From: Bacilli bacterium
GTDB lineage: Bacteria; Bacillota_I; Bacilli_A; RFN20; UBA1709
Length of the DNA: 64,000 bases
Direction: 5' to 3'
Assembly (NCBI GenBank): GCA_050949315.1
Contig: JBMNFL010000001.1
Coordinates: 608,001 to 672,000 of the forward strand
Translations under genes and position numbers: made by a program
Notes under the pieces: generated by a model
What the model saw: only the letters and a program-made list of their open reading frames with translations
The model's database searches: none
What the model was told of the DNA's origin: nothing
Part shown: in pieces, positions 42,548-52,148 of the stretch
Layout: the number at the start of each line of letters is the position of its first letter
Numbering within the stretch: position 1 is the stretch's first letter

Positions 42548-45455
42548 TTTGTTGCTCCTTTCTTTTAATAGCAGCTAATAAAGAACGCAGGCGAATTCTT
42601 ACGGCCCCTAGATTAGCAATTTCATCAATTTTAATCTGAGTATAAATCTTCCCATTACTTTCTAATAACTTCTTCGTTTCATCGGTAGTGATAGCATCAA
42701 GTCCACAACCAAAAGAAACTAGTTGAATAAGATGCATATCTCTGTGACTGCAGACATATTTGGCAGCCGAATAAAGGCGGGCGTGATAGGTCCATTGGTT
42801 TAAAACATTGGTCGCAAATTTCTTGTTTAAATGCGAGATACTATCTTCAGTAATCAAGGCTAAACCAAAGCCATTAACAAGCTTATCAATCGCATGATTG
42901 ACCTCAGGATCAACATGATAAGGACGCCCTGCTAAGACAAAGATTTTCTTACCTGCCGCTCGGGCTTTTTTGATAACTACTTGTGCTTCTTTACGTAAAT
43001 CAGCCAAATAATTAGCATAAGCCTTATAGGCAGCATGACTGGCCTTTTTAATCTCTCGCTTATTAAAACCACCTATACGCTTATTTAAAATCATCAGAAT
43101 TTTTTCTTCAAAAATCTTGGGTTTGGCAAGGCCGATATAGTCGCGGATAAAATTGATCTCTTTAACCTTGTCAACATTATTTATAATTGTCTCAGGATAA
43201 TAGGCGACAATAGGACAATTATAATAATTGGAAGAAATGCCTTCATCAATATTATAAGTCATACAAGGATAAAAAATAAGTTTGTGTCCCTCGGCTAATA
43301 ATTTCTCAATGTGCCCATGCACGAGTTTAGCTGGATAACAAGCGGTGTCCGAAGGGATTGTGTGTTGTCCTAAAACATAAAGATGATGATTAGAAAAGCC
43401 ACTATGAGAAACTTTAAAACCTAAAGATGTAAAAAAGGCATACCAGAAAGGCCATAATTCATAATTATTTAAAACTAAGGGAATAGCGATATCTCCTCGT
43501 GGTCCTTCAATTGCTGGATAACTTAAGAGTTTATTTTGGGTGTAATGATACATGTTTAAACTATCATCACTCTTTTGAACGCCTAAAGGACGCTCACATT
43601 TATTACCCGAAAGGTAGCGCGTGCCGTTGGCGAAAATATTGAGATTGAGACTGCAATGATTTTTGCAAATCTGACAATTGAATGTTTTTATTTTGAAACT
43701 GAAATTAGCAATTTCTTCTTGGCTAATTAGGCTTGATTTTTCTAACTTTAAACTTAAAGCATATAAGGCCGCTCCATATGCGCCAGCCACGCCGGCAATA
43801 TTGGGACGCGTTACATTAACACCTAGTTCTTTTTCAAAAGCTCGCAACACCGCTTCATTATAAAAGGTGCCACCTTGAACAACAATCTCCGAGCCGAGTT
43901 CATGAGGATCAACAACACGGATGACTTTATAGATTGCGTTCTTAACTACCGACATTGATAGACCAGCGGAGATATTATCAATCGTAGCTCCGTCTTTTTG
44001 TGCTTGTTTGACACTAGAGTTCATAAAAACGGTGCATCTTGAACCTAAATCTACTGGTTTTTTAGCCAGTAGGCCTAATTTAGCAAAATCTTTGATGTCA
44101 TAATTCAAAGCATTGGCAAAAGTTTGCAAGAAAGAACCGCAGCCCGAAGAGCAGGCTTCGTTCAAAAAAATGTTAGTAATGACCCCATCTTCGATTTTAA
44201 AACACTTAATATCTTGTCCACCAATATCGATTATGAAATCGACTTTAGGATTAAAATGCCTAGCTGTTTCAAAGTGGGCCATCGTTTCTACTAAGCCGGC
44301 ATCTAAACTAAAAGCATTTTTAATTAAGTCCTCACCATAGCCTGTGGAACAAGTACCCATAATTTTAGCAGCGGGATTTATTTGATAAATTTCTTGTAGA
44401 ATCTCTTTAAAAATATTTAAGGGTTGTCCTTCATTAGGAAGGTATTTGCTATAGCGAATATTTTTATCAGCATCAATCAATACGGCTTTAATAGTGGTCG
44501 AACCACTATCAACCCCTAAGTAAAGGGGCTCAGTATAGTCTTTGAGTTCCAAAATTTGAACCTTGGCTTTACTATGACGTTCCCTGAAATCTTCCAGTTC
44601 TTTTTTGTTTCTAAACAAAGGTTCATTAAAGGCATAACTTTCTTGGGGTTTGGCGGCTTCGAAAATATCAATAATCTCCTTTAACGACATTTTTTTCTCA
44701 GCACATAAAGCGGTGCCTAAAGCCACAAACAAAAGCGAGTTTTGGGGCAAAGTTCCCTCAACCTTTAATGATTCATCAAAAGATTTCCGTAACTCCGGCA
44801 AGAAAGTTAAAGGGCCACCTAAATAAATGATCTTTCCTTCAATTTCCCGGCCTTGTGCTAGTCCACCTATGGTTTGATTAACTACCGATTTAAAAATCGA
44901 GGCGGCAATATCTTCTTTGCGAACTCCTTGGTTTAAAAGAGCTTGAATATCGGTCTTAGCAAAAACACCACATCGGGAAGCGATGCTATAAAGTTTTTCT
45001 TTTTTGGAAGCTAAATCATTTAATTCCTCAAGACTAACGTTTAATAAGGTCGCCATTTGATCAATAAAAGCCCCTGTGCCCCCCGCACAAGTGCCGTTCA
45101 TCCGAACTTCTAAACCATCTTTAAGAAAAAGAATCTTGGCATCTTCGCCACCAAGTTCAATGATACAATCAACCTCTTTGAGATAACGTTGAGCCGCAAT
45201 TCTAGTGGCATAGACTTCCTGAACAAAGTCAAGATTTAAACTTTCGGCTAAACCCATGCCCGCTGAACCCGACATCCCCACCATTAGATTTGTTAAATTC
45301 AAAGACGAGGCCTGAAGCTCTTTAAGCGTCTCTAAAAGATTCTCTTTAATATGAGAAAAATGTCTTTTATAAGTGGAATAAACCAATTGCCCATTATCAT
45401 CAAGCACAATACATTTGATTGTGGTTGACCCAATGTCAATACCTAATCTCATCAT
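42540..45455 (-). CDS. Acyl-CoA dehydratase activase (two BadF/BcrAD ATPase domains + DUF2229)
   Basis: Two G.D.GSTT.K motifs, MNGTCAGGTG, NEACSSGCG, 'SDTACYPAK'. Confidence 0.9.
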   Translation of the reverse strand: MMRLGIDIGSTTIKCIVLDDNGQLVYSTYKRHFSHIKENLLETLKELQASSLNLTNLMVGMSGSAGMGLAESLNLDFVQEVYATRIAAQRYLKEVDCIIELGGEDAKILFLKDGLEVRMNGTCAGGTGAFIDQMATLLNVSLEELNDLASKKEKLYSIASRCGVFAKTDIQALLNQGVRKEDIAASIFKSVVNQTIGGLAQGREIEGKIIYLGGPLTFLPELRKSFDESLKVEGTLPQNSLLFVALGTALCAEKKMSLKEIIDIFEAAKPQESYAFNEPLFRNKKELEDFRERHSKAKVQILELKDYTEPLYLGVDSGSTTIKAVLIDADKNIRYSKYLPNEGQPLNIFKEILQEIYQINPAAKIMGTCSTGYGEDLIKNAFSLDAGLVETMAHFETARHFNPKVDFIIDIGGQDIKCFKIEDGVITNIFLNEACSSGCGSFLQTFANALNYDIKDFAKLGLLAKKPVDLGSRCTVFMNSSVKQAQKDGATIDNISAGLSMSVVKNAIYKVIRVVDPHELGSEIVVQGGTFYNEAVLRAFEKELGVNVTRPNIAGVAGAYGAALYALSLKLEKSSLISQEEIANFSFKIKTFNCQICKNHCSLNLNIFANGTRYLSGNKCERPLGVQKSDDSLNMYHYTQNKLLSYPAIEGPRGDIAIPLVLNNYELWPFWYAFFTSLGFKVSHSGFSNHHLYVLGQHTIPSDTACYPAKLVHGHIEKLLAEGHKLIFYPCMTYNIDEGISSNYYNCPIVAYYPETIINNVDKVKEINFIRDYIGLAKPKIFEEKILMILNKRIGGFNKREIKKASHAAYKAYANYLADLRKEAQVVIKKARAAGKKIFVLAGRPYHVDPEVNHAIDKLVNGFGLALITEDSISHLNKKFATNVLNQWTYHARLYSAAKYVCSHRDMHLIQLVSFGCGLDAITTDETKKLLESNGKIYTQIKIDEIANLGAVRIRLRSLLAAIKRKEQQNG

Positions 45456-45630
45456 CTAGCCTCCAATAACTTCATCATTAGTATTATACTAAAAACACTT
45501 GAAAAGTGAAATGCAATTGACCTTAATAAAAAAAGGGTATTTTAACCATTTAAAAATTGCTTTTTCATTAATCTGTAAATCTTGTTATCTATGGGAATAA
45601 GTGCTACAATTACCGAAGTGGAGGTTTATT

Positions 45631-45966
45631 ATGTTTTGTAAAAATTGTGGTCAAGAACTTGATGATTCATCAAAATTTTGCCCAACCTGTGGTACAGACA
45701 ATACTAACACAGTAGATGTTATTGATAATAACCCTGTTGAAAAAAATGAGCAAACATTAAATAAAGATGATGAAGTAGTACCAACAAAAAACAGTGCTTT
45801 TATTTGCGCTTTTCTTTCTGTTTTTTTAGGTCCCATTTTAGCTTTAATTGCTATTGTTTTAGCAAAAAACCCTCAACAAAAAAGTCGAGACATAGCAAAA
45901 AAGTTGGGATATTTTGTGATTTTTGGTTGGATTCTTGTATTTAGCGCATTAAAGGGAAGATGGTAA
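45631..45966 (+). CDS. Zinc-ribbon membrane protein, paralog 1
   Basis: MFCKNCG..FCPTCG plus two TM helices; GGAGG RBS. Confidence 0.85.
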   Translation: MFCKNCGQELDDSSKFCPTCGTDNTNTVDVIDNNPVEKNEQTLNKDDEVVPTKNSAFICAFLSVFLGPILALIAIVLAKNPQQKSRDIAKKLGYFVIFGWILVFSALKGRW

Positions 45967-46102
45967 GATTCTAATCTTCCGTGTGTTTTTAATTGACTTT
46001 TTTAATTTTGATTTTTAAAAATACCGTGCATCAAACTAAAACAATTATGCGGCTTGTTGTTTAAGGTCATAAGTGCTATAATCTTGAAAACGGAGGTTTG
46101 TT

Positions 46103-46432
46103 ATGTTTTGTAAAAATTGTGGTCAAGAACTTGATGATTCATCAAAATTTTGTCCGTATTGTGGCGCAGAAAACACCCCTGTAGTAAAGATTGAAGAAAA
46201 TGAACTTCCCCCAAATAATGATGGCGAGGTTACCCCAACTAAAAGTAGTGCTTTAGTTTTGGGCATTCTCTCTCTTTTTTTCTTTGGAGTCATTTTTGGT
46301 GTTATTGCTATTTCTTTATCAAAAGATCCTTTGCAGAAGAACCGAGGCGCAGCTAGAATTTTAGGTGCAATTGGCATCATTAGTTGGGCAATTCTCTTGA
46401 TTGTCAAATTAGGATCGGGGCCTGTTTCTTGA
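46103..46432 (+). CDS. Zinc-ribbon membrane protein (DUF4190-like TM region), paralog 2
   Basis: MFCKNCG..FCPYCG plus 'ALVLGILS..FGVIAI'. Confidence 0.85.
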   Translation: MFCKNCGQELDDSSKFCPYCGAENTPVVKIEENELPPNNDGEVTPTKSSALVLGILSLFFFGVIFGVIAISLSKDPLQKNRGAARILGAIGIISWAILLIVKLGSGPVS

Positions 46433-46452
46433 TAATTAACAAACATATTAGT

Positions 46453-46479
46453 AAGACTGATTTCACATCAGTCTTTTTT
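46453..46479 (+). terminator. Rho-independent terminator
   Basis: AAGACTGAT-TTCAC-ATCAGTCTT followed by T residues. Confidence 0.75.
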
Positions 46480-46554
46480 ACATGCTCCTATCTTGGTTTA
46501 AAATTTAAAATTTAAAAGAAAAAGTCCGATTGTTTCGGACTTAATGCTCACAAG

Positions 46555-46639
46555 TGGTGCGCAGAACGAGAATTGAACTCGCACGGTTTTACCCATATGC
46601 CCCTCAAACATACGCGTCTACCTATTCCGCCACCTGCGC
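46555..46639 (-). tRNA. tRNA-Leu(GAG)
   Basis: Reverse complement GCGCAGG..TTGAGGG anticodon loop, long variable arm, ..CTGCGC-ACCA. Confidence 0.93.
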
Positions 46640-46705
46640 AATTGCATTTAGTATTATAGCAATGGACCTATGTTTTTGCAAATGCTTTTATTTAGTTGTA
46701 AGAGG

Positions 46706-47461
46706 CTAAAAAGTAGCACTTATCAAAGCTTTAAAACTTTCAATTTTTAGCGAGGCTCCACCAACTAAAACTCCATCAATATTAGGGCAACTCAAATATT
46801 CACGGGCATTTTCTACTTTAACAGAGCCACCATATTGAATTATAATTTTGTCGGCCACAACTTGGTTATAAAGTTTGGCAATTGTCTGCCGAATAAAGGA
46901 ACAAATATCTTCGGCAATTTCTTTAGAAGCGTTTTTACCAGTACCAATTGACCAAATTGGTTCATAAGCAATGATGATTTTACTGACATCATCTACCCCA
47001 ATATCTTTAAGCCCTTCTTTGAGTTGTTGTTCAACAACTTTTTTACTTTCTTTAGCTAAATACTGCTTTAAGCTTTCCCCCACACAATAAAGAGGGGTCA
47101 TTTTATTAGCCAACAATGCATGAATTTTTTTATTGCAACTTTCATTGTTTTCACCATAATATTGTCTTCGCTCCGAATGACCTACCAAAACCAAGTCAAC
47201 AGCACATTCTTTAAGCATAGGAATACTTATTTCCCCAGTAAAAGCACCTTTTTCTTCATAATGACAGTTTTGGGCGCCAATCAGAAGATCGGGCGCTTGC
47301 TTTTTTAAATCGGCTAAAAATAGATATGGTACGGCTAGCCCTGCTACCACACCTCTAGTCACACATTCTTTAGCAAAGGGATAGAATTCCTTAACAAATG
47401 CCTGAGCTTCGGCATTAGTTTTGTGCATCTTCCAATTACCAACAATAACTTTTTTACGCAT
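46706..47461 (-). CDS. tpiA: Triosephosphate isomerase
   Basis: GNWKM, GHSERR, AYEPIWSIGTG, YGGSV, LVGGAS. Confidence 0.98.
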   Translation of the reverse strand: MRKKVIVGNWKMHKTNAEAQAFVKEFYPFAKECVTRGVVAGLAVPYLFLADLKKQAPDLLIGAQNCHYEEKGAFTGEISIPMLKECAVDLVLVGHSERRQYYGENNESCNKKIHALLANKMTPLYCVGESLKQYLAKESKKVVEQQLKEGLKDIGVDDVSKIIIAYEPIWSIGTGKNASKEIAEDICSFIRQTIAKLYNQVVADKIIIQYGGSVKVENAREYLSCPNIDGVLVGGASLKIESFKALISATF

Positions 47462-48678
47462 TATTTAGCCTCCTCTATAACATCGATCCCTGGTAGGTGC
47501 CCATCATTTTCAATCATTTCTAAAGAGGCCCCACCACCCGTTGAAACATGGCTGAAACGTGAAGAATAACCATATTGCGCCACCGCCGATGCGCTGTCGC
47601 CACCACCGATGACTGAAAAGCAATTCTTTAAATTGACAATCGCTTCACAAATACTCTTGGTTCCATTAGCAAACAAAGGGTTTTCAAAAGCACCTAGTGG
47701 CCCATTCCAAAAGACAATTTTGGCACCAGTCAACTCTTCCTTATAAAACTCGTTGGTTTTGGGCCCAACGTCAAGGCCCATCATATCAATGGCAACATTT
47801 TGATTTTTGCTTACTTCTACTCTACTTGGTTCGCTTAAACTATCAGCCATAATATAATCTAGCGGCAAACAAATTCGACCTTTTCCTTCTATTAAACAGC
47901 GCTTGGCAAAATCAACTTGGTCTAATTCAACTAAAGACTTTCCAACTTCTTTGCCTAAAGCCTTCATAAAGGTAAAAGCCATGGCCCCACCAATTAAGAT
48001 CTTATCGGCTTTCTTTAATAAGCCCTCAATGACCTTGATTTTATCAGAAACCTTACTACCTCCCATAACCGCAATATAAGGGTGTTCTTTAGCTTCAACA
48101 CATCTACTTAAAGAGGCGATTTCTTTTTCAACCAAATAACCAATAGCTGTTGGTTTATTTGCCTTCTTACAAGCCATAGGTAAAGAATAGGTTGAAGCAT
48201 GCGCACGATGGCAACTTCCAAAGGCATCATTGACATAAATATCACATAACGAAGCCCAATATGTACCTAATTCCTCGGAGTTTTTCTCTTCGCCCACTTC
48301 ATAGCGTGTGTTCTGCATTAAAAGAACATCACCATCTTTTAAAGCCGTTATAGCTTGCTCTAATTCCGCCCCTCTAGTGGCAGAAACAAAGGTAACTTTT
48401 TTCCCTAAAAGTTCACTTAAACGAACAGCTACAACTGCTAAATCATTTTTCTTCATCTGTTCGGCAGCTTTAATAGGATCACTATGTTTAACCTTCCCAA
48501 GATGAGATAAAACAATAACTCGCGCCTGTTTGCTTATTAAATACTTAAGTGTCGGGCAAGCTTGAACAATTCGATTATCATCACTGATCTTCCCATCCTT
48601 TAAAGGCACATTTAAATCTGCGCGAACAAAAACCTTTTTATGTTGAAGCACCAATTGATCAACCATTTGTTTGGCCAT
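47461..48678 (-). CDS. pgk: Phosphoglycerate kinase
   Basis: RADLNVP, NDAFG, WNGP.G.FE, GGGDS, STGGGASLE. Confidence 0.98.
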   Translation of the reverse strand: MAKQMVDQLVLQHKKVFVRADLNVPLKDGKISDDNRIVQACPTLKYLISKQARVIVLSHLGKVKHSDPIKAAEQMKKNDLAVVAVRLSELLGKKVTFVSATRGAELEQAITALKDGDVLLMQNTRYEVGEEKNSEELGTYWASLCDIYVNDAFGSCHRAHASTYSLPMACKKANKPTAIGYLVEKEIASLSRCVEAKEHPYIAVMGGSKVSDKIKVIEGLLKKADKILIGGAMAFTFMKALGKEVGKSLVELDQVDFAKRCLIEGKGRICLPLDYIMADSLSEPSRVEVSKNQNVAIDMMGLDVGPKTNEFYKEELTGAKIVFWNGPLGAFENPLFANGTKSICEAIVNLKNCFSVIGGGDSASAVAQYGYSSRFSHVSTGGGASLEMIENDGHLPGIDVIEEAK

Positions 48679-48729
48679 AAATATTTCCTCCTAAAAAAGC
48701 GCCCTTGCAGGCGCCTACTTGTTGTTTAA

Positions 48730-49761
48730 TTATTTAACCCCAAGAACCTTAGCAAAAGCCCTAGCTAAACGTAAGTACTGACAAGCATAAGAATATTCAT
48801 TGTCGTACCAGGCTACCACTTTGACAAATTGCTTACCCTCGGGAGTTTGGAATATTTTTGTTTGAGTGGCATCGTAAAGGGAGCCAGCTTCTAAACCTAA
48901 GGTATCACTGCTAACTACTAAATCTTCGGTATAAGCCAAAACATCTTTTAATACGCCTTCGCTCGCTTCTTTCATCGCCTTGTGAATTTCTTCAACACTG
49001 ACTTTTTGTTTCAGTTCTAAAGATAAATCAACTAAGGACCCATCAACAACAGGAACTCTAAGCGCGCCACCTTGGAGTCTTCCTTCTAAACTTGGAATAA
49101 CCAAATGCAAGGCTTTAGCGGCACCGGTGGAAGTTGGGATAATATTAGCTGCGGCTGCTCTTCCTCTACGGAAATCTTTTTCTTTAACCATATCAAGGGA
49201 TGTTTGATCATTGGTATAGGCGTGGACTGTTGTCATATAACCACCAACAACCCCAAACTTATCTTCTAAAACTTTCATAACTGGAGCTAAGCAGTTGGTT
49301 GTACAACTGGCTCCCGAAATCACCAACATGTCTTTTGTTAACTTATCATGGTTCACACCATAGACAAAGGTTGGGGTCCCGGCATCTGATGGTGCACTGA
49401 TAACTACACCTTTGGCTCCACCAACTTCAATATGGACCTTAGCATCGGTTAAGCCTTTAAAACGGCCAGTGCATTCTAAAACAAGATCAACGCCATAATC
49501 TTTCCAATTTAATAACTTGGGTTCTTTTTGTCCTAAGATGGGAATTTTCTTACCATCAAAAATTAAATTGTTATCTTGAGTTTTAATCTCGTGTCCTTTG
49601 AAAACGCGATGCGTCGTATCATACTTTAGAAGATAAGCTAGGTTTTCAGCGCTTGCTAAGTCATTGATCGCCACAACCTCAAAGTCTTTCTCTTCAACTA
49701 TGCGACGGAAGGCTAAACGTCCAATCCGTCCAAAACCATTAATCGCTACTTTTATTGTCAT
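48730..49761 (-). CDS. gap: Glyceraldehyde-3-phosphate dehydrogenase (type I)
   Basis: INGFGRIGR, ASCTTNCL, WYDNE; ATG 49761 behind an AAGGAGG RBS. Confidence 0.98.
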   Translation of the reverse strand: MTIKVAINGFGRIGRLAFRRIVEEKDFEVVAINDLASAENLAYLLKYDTTHRVFKGHEIKTQDNNLIFDGKKIPILGQKEPKLLNWKDYGVDLVLECTGRFKGLTDAKVHIEVGGAKGVVISAPSDAGTPTFVYGVNHDKLTKDMLVISGASCTTNCLAPVMKVLEDKFGVVGGYMTTVHAYTNDQTSLDMVKEKDFRRGRAAAANIIPTSTGAAKALHLVIPSLEGRLQGGALRVPVVDGSLVDLSLELKQKVSVEEIHKAMKEASEGVLKDVLAYTEDLVVSSDTLGLEAGSLYDATQTKIFQTPEGKQFVKVVAWYDNEYSYACQYLRLARAFAKVLGVK

Positions 49762-49800
49762 ATTTTTTTCCTCCTTATTTGGCAATGCCTAATCATTTTC

Positions 49801-49829
49801 ATTATAGGAGCAGTGGCTTTAAAAAGCAA
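49801..49829 (-). promoter_or_regulatory. gap operon promoter
   Basis: TTGCTT (49824-49829), 17 bp, TATAAT (49801-49806). Confidence 0.65.
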
Positions 49830-49834
49830 TATTA

Positions 49835-49859
49835 GTAAAAGAAAAAATAGGGTTTTACC
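49835..49859. repeat. Target-site duplication, left copy (25 bp)
   Basis: GTAAAAGAAAAAATAGGGTTTTACC, identical to 50980-51004. Confidence 0.92.
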
Positions 49860-50979
49860 TGTTAGGTTGCAAATGATGTGAGACGTTTCTTACATCTTAT
49901 CTCACCAGTAGTTTGAACCAATTCAATTAACTTTTCAAGTTCCACTTCATTAGGTGTTTTAAATTTAAGAACAAGCTTAGGTAAATTGTTGTATCTTTTG
50001 TTCCATAATTTACCTTGATATCTAAGATCATCGAGGGAATAAAATTTTAAATGTTTATAGAATTTATCTTGATCAATTCGATGACTTCTTTCTACCTTAC
50101 CATTATGTTGGGGGGTTCTAGGCCTTATCAAGTGATGATTTATATGGTTTGTTCTACAAAATCTTTCTAAATAGTTTTCATATTTTCTAACATTCACGCC
50201 CTTATTTTTGCGGCGAACTTTATCAGTGAATTCCACACCATTGTCTGTTTGAATTTCCTTTGGAAAACAACCTATTTTCTTATAAGCGAAGATCAAAGCC
50301 TGAACACTTTCATACATTGAATGTTCGGCCGTGAAATAAAGAACTCTTTTTCGTGAACATTCATCTAAGATAGTGTATTGATAAAATCGACCTTCCAAAC
50401 TATCAATTTTGCATTCTTTGGGAACATATTTAACATCCATTTGCCATTTTTCATGAACCATTTTGGGCGTATGGTATTGTTTGTCATGCTTTTTAGGATT
50501 TGGTTTGTAGGGAACAAATTCTTCATTTCTTTTAAAGGTTCTTAGAACACTAGATGGCGAGATATCTATACCATCATGTTTTAATCTAACCCATATTTCA
50601 ACAAATGATTGATCAGGATTTCTTCTGTGGAGATCTAGTATTCTCTTAACAATATTCGCTTTTAATTTATTAGGATGATCCGATAAAGGCCTATGTGATC
50701 GATTTAATAACGATTCTTTACTTCCATCAAATCGCTTTAACCAACGATATAACGAACTCCTTTTAACGTGATAAAAAGATAGAATTTTTCTTATTGGCCA
50801 GGACGAAACCGTCCTCCTTAAGCAGGCGTGTAATTTTGTTTCAATATCTACTGGTATATAATTTCTTTCTTGTGTTAAAATATCCATGGGCATCTCCTTC
50901 TATATTGGTTCAACTTCATTATAGATAAGATGCCTACTTTTTTTTATTAATTTTGTCTCACATCATTTGATATTAAACA
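49860..50979 (-). mobile_element. Complete insertion sequence, IS481/IS1202-like, 1120 bp
   Basis: TGT...ACA ends; IRs TGTTAGGTTGCAAATGATGTGAGAC and TGTTTAATATCAAATGATGTGAGAC; flanked by 25-bp direct repeats. Confidence 0.92.
49862..50893 (-). CDS. DDE transposase (rve integrase core, IS481-like)
   Basis: N-terminal HTH 'LYRWLKRF', WQMD, QTDNGVEF, PQHNGKVER; stop codon lies within the terminal IR. Confidence 0.93.
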   Translation of the reverse strand: MPMDILTQERNYIPVDIETKLHACLRRTVSSWPIRKILSFYHVKRSSLYRWLKRFDGSKESLLNRSHRPLSDHPNKLKANIVKRILDLHRRNPDQSFVEIWVRLKHDGIDISPSSVLRTFKRNEEFVPYKPNPKKHDKQYHTPKMVHEKWQMDVKYVPKECKIDSLEGRFYQYTILDECSRKRVLYFTAEHSMYESVQALIFAYKKIGCFPKEIQTDNGVEFTDKVRRKNKGVNVRKYENYLERFCRTNHINHHLIRPRTPQHNGKVERSHRIDQDKFYKHLKFYSLDDLRYQGKLWNKRYNNLPKLVLKFKTPNEVELEKLIELVQTTGEIRCKKRLTSFAT

Positions 50980-51004
50980 GTAAAAGAAAAAATAGGGTTT
51001 TACC
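50980..51004. repeat. Target-site duplication, right copy (25 bp), part of an intact terminator
   Basis: Identical to 49835-49859; continues into AAATAGGG-TTTTA-CCCTATTT hairpin. Confidence 0.92.
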
Positions 51005-52135
51005 CTATTTATCACTAATTTTTTTAATATAACATCTTCTTCTTTTGAAAGTCTGCGGTTGCATATACTTCCATTGAGCCTGAACATCGTGATTGAGTTC
51101 TAATTGAGGACCTGTTTCGGCAAACTCAATATTATGACGGATTGCATTGGTAAGTATGTAGTCAATCAAAATGGCATTTACGCCTTTTTTCTGATAATCA
51201 GGATGAACCGCTACCAATAAACTCTCTAATGATTTGCTCTTCTTTAGAGATCTTAAAACCCGCGCCCAACCGGTCGGGAACAAACGCCCTCGGGTCTTTT
51301 TTAAAGCCTCACCCATTGACATGGCTAATACACCAAAGGCAATAAGATTCTCTTCTTCATCCATGACAAAGCAAACAAAATCAGGATTAATTAAAGGACT
51401 GAATTTTTTGGCATACATGTTGATCTGCTCTTCAGTTAACTCAATGGTGCTATAAAGTTTGCTATAACAAATATTAACTAGATTAAAGAATTTTTTGACA
51501 TAACTAGGATACTCTGACTGCTTATTGAGCTTAGCAATATGGAGATTATTATGCTTTAAAGAAAATTCAGCAACACGACGATATTGATCCTGAACCTCTT
51601 CCGCATCCTTAACATATAATTTGTCTTCTACCCAATCAACATCCTTAACATAACCTAATTTGACTAGGTGATCATTGTAATAAGGATAATTATAGTAGGT
51701 AAAAAATAGACTCCGCTCCTCAAAGCCTTCAACTAACATCCCTTCACGATCTAAATCCGTGAAACCCAAGGGACCATGGACTTCATTGCAGCCCTTCTCA
51801 AGAGCATAATCTTCAACTGCCTTAAACAAGGCCTTAGAAACCTCAAAATCATCAATAAAATCCACTTGGGAGAAGCGCATGCGTTTGGTATTCCATTTTT
51901 CATTGGAAGCATGCGAAAGAATAGCCCCAATACGGCCAACACATTCGCCATCTTTATAGGCTAAAAAGGCCTTACGTTCACAGTAGGCTAGAGCTGGATT
52001 TTTAGGACCCCAATCAGCTAAATCATCGCCATAAAAACTAGGTACGAATTGTGGAACATCTTGATACATGATGTTAGCAAAGTCCACAAAACGCTTACGC
52101 TCTTTTCGAGTTTTTACTTCTTTAATTTCAACCAT
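51005..52135 (-). CDS. GNAT-fold protein (YghO-like)
   Basis: 'VGRIGAI', 'HGPLGFTDLDREGMLVEGF', 'YNYPYY', 'VHPDYQKKGV'. Confidence 0.8.
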   Translation of the reverse strand: MVEIKEVKTRKERKRFVDFANIMYQDVPQFVPSFYGDDLADWGPKNPALAYCERKAFLAYKDGECVGRIGAILSHASNEKWNTKRMRFSQVDFIDDFEVSKALFKAVEDYALEKGCNEVHGPLGFTDLDREGMLVEGFEERSLFFTYYNYPYYNDHLVKLGYVKDVDWVEDKLYVKDAEEVQDQYRRVAEFSLKHNNLHIAKLNKQSEYPSYVKKFFNLVNICYSKLYSTIELTEEQINMYAKKFSPLINPDFVCFVMDEEENLIAFGVLAMSMGEALKKTRGRLFPTGWARVLRSLKKSKSLESLLVAVHPDYQKKGVNAILIDYILTNAIRHNIEFAETGPQLELNHDVQAQWKYMQPQTFKRRRCYIKKISDK

Positions 52136-52148
52136 AACTTATTTCCTT

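Noticed and set aside
42540-42560. Activase/dehydratase split into two ORFs (often one ~1400-aa gene): possible frameshift
   Set aside because: The second ORF has its own AAGGAG RBS and an ATG with a short overlap, consistent with a natural split.
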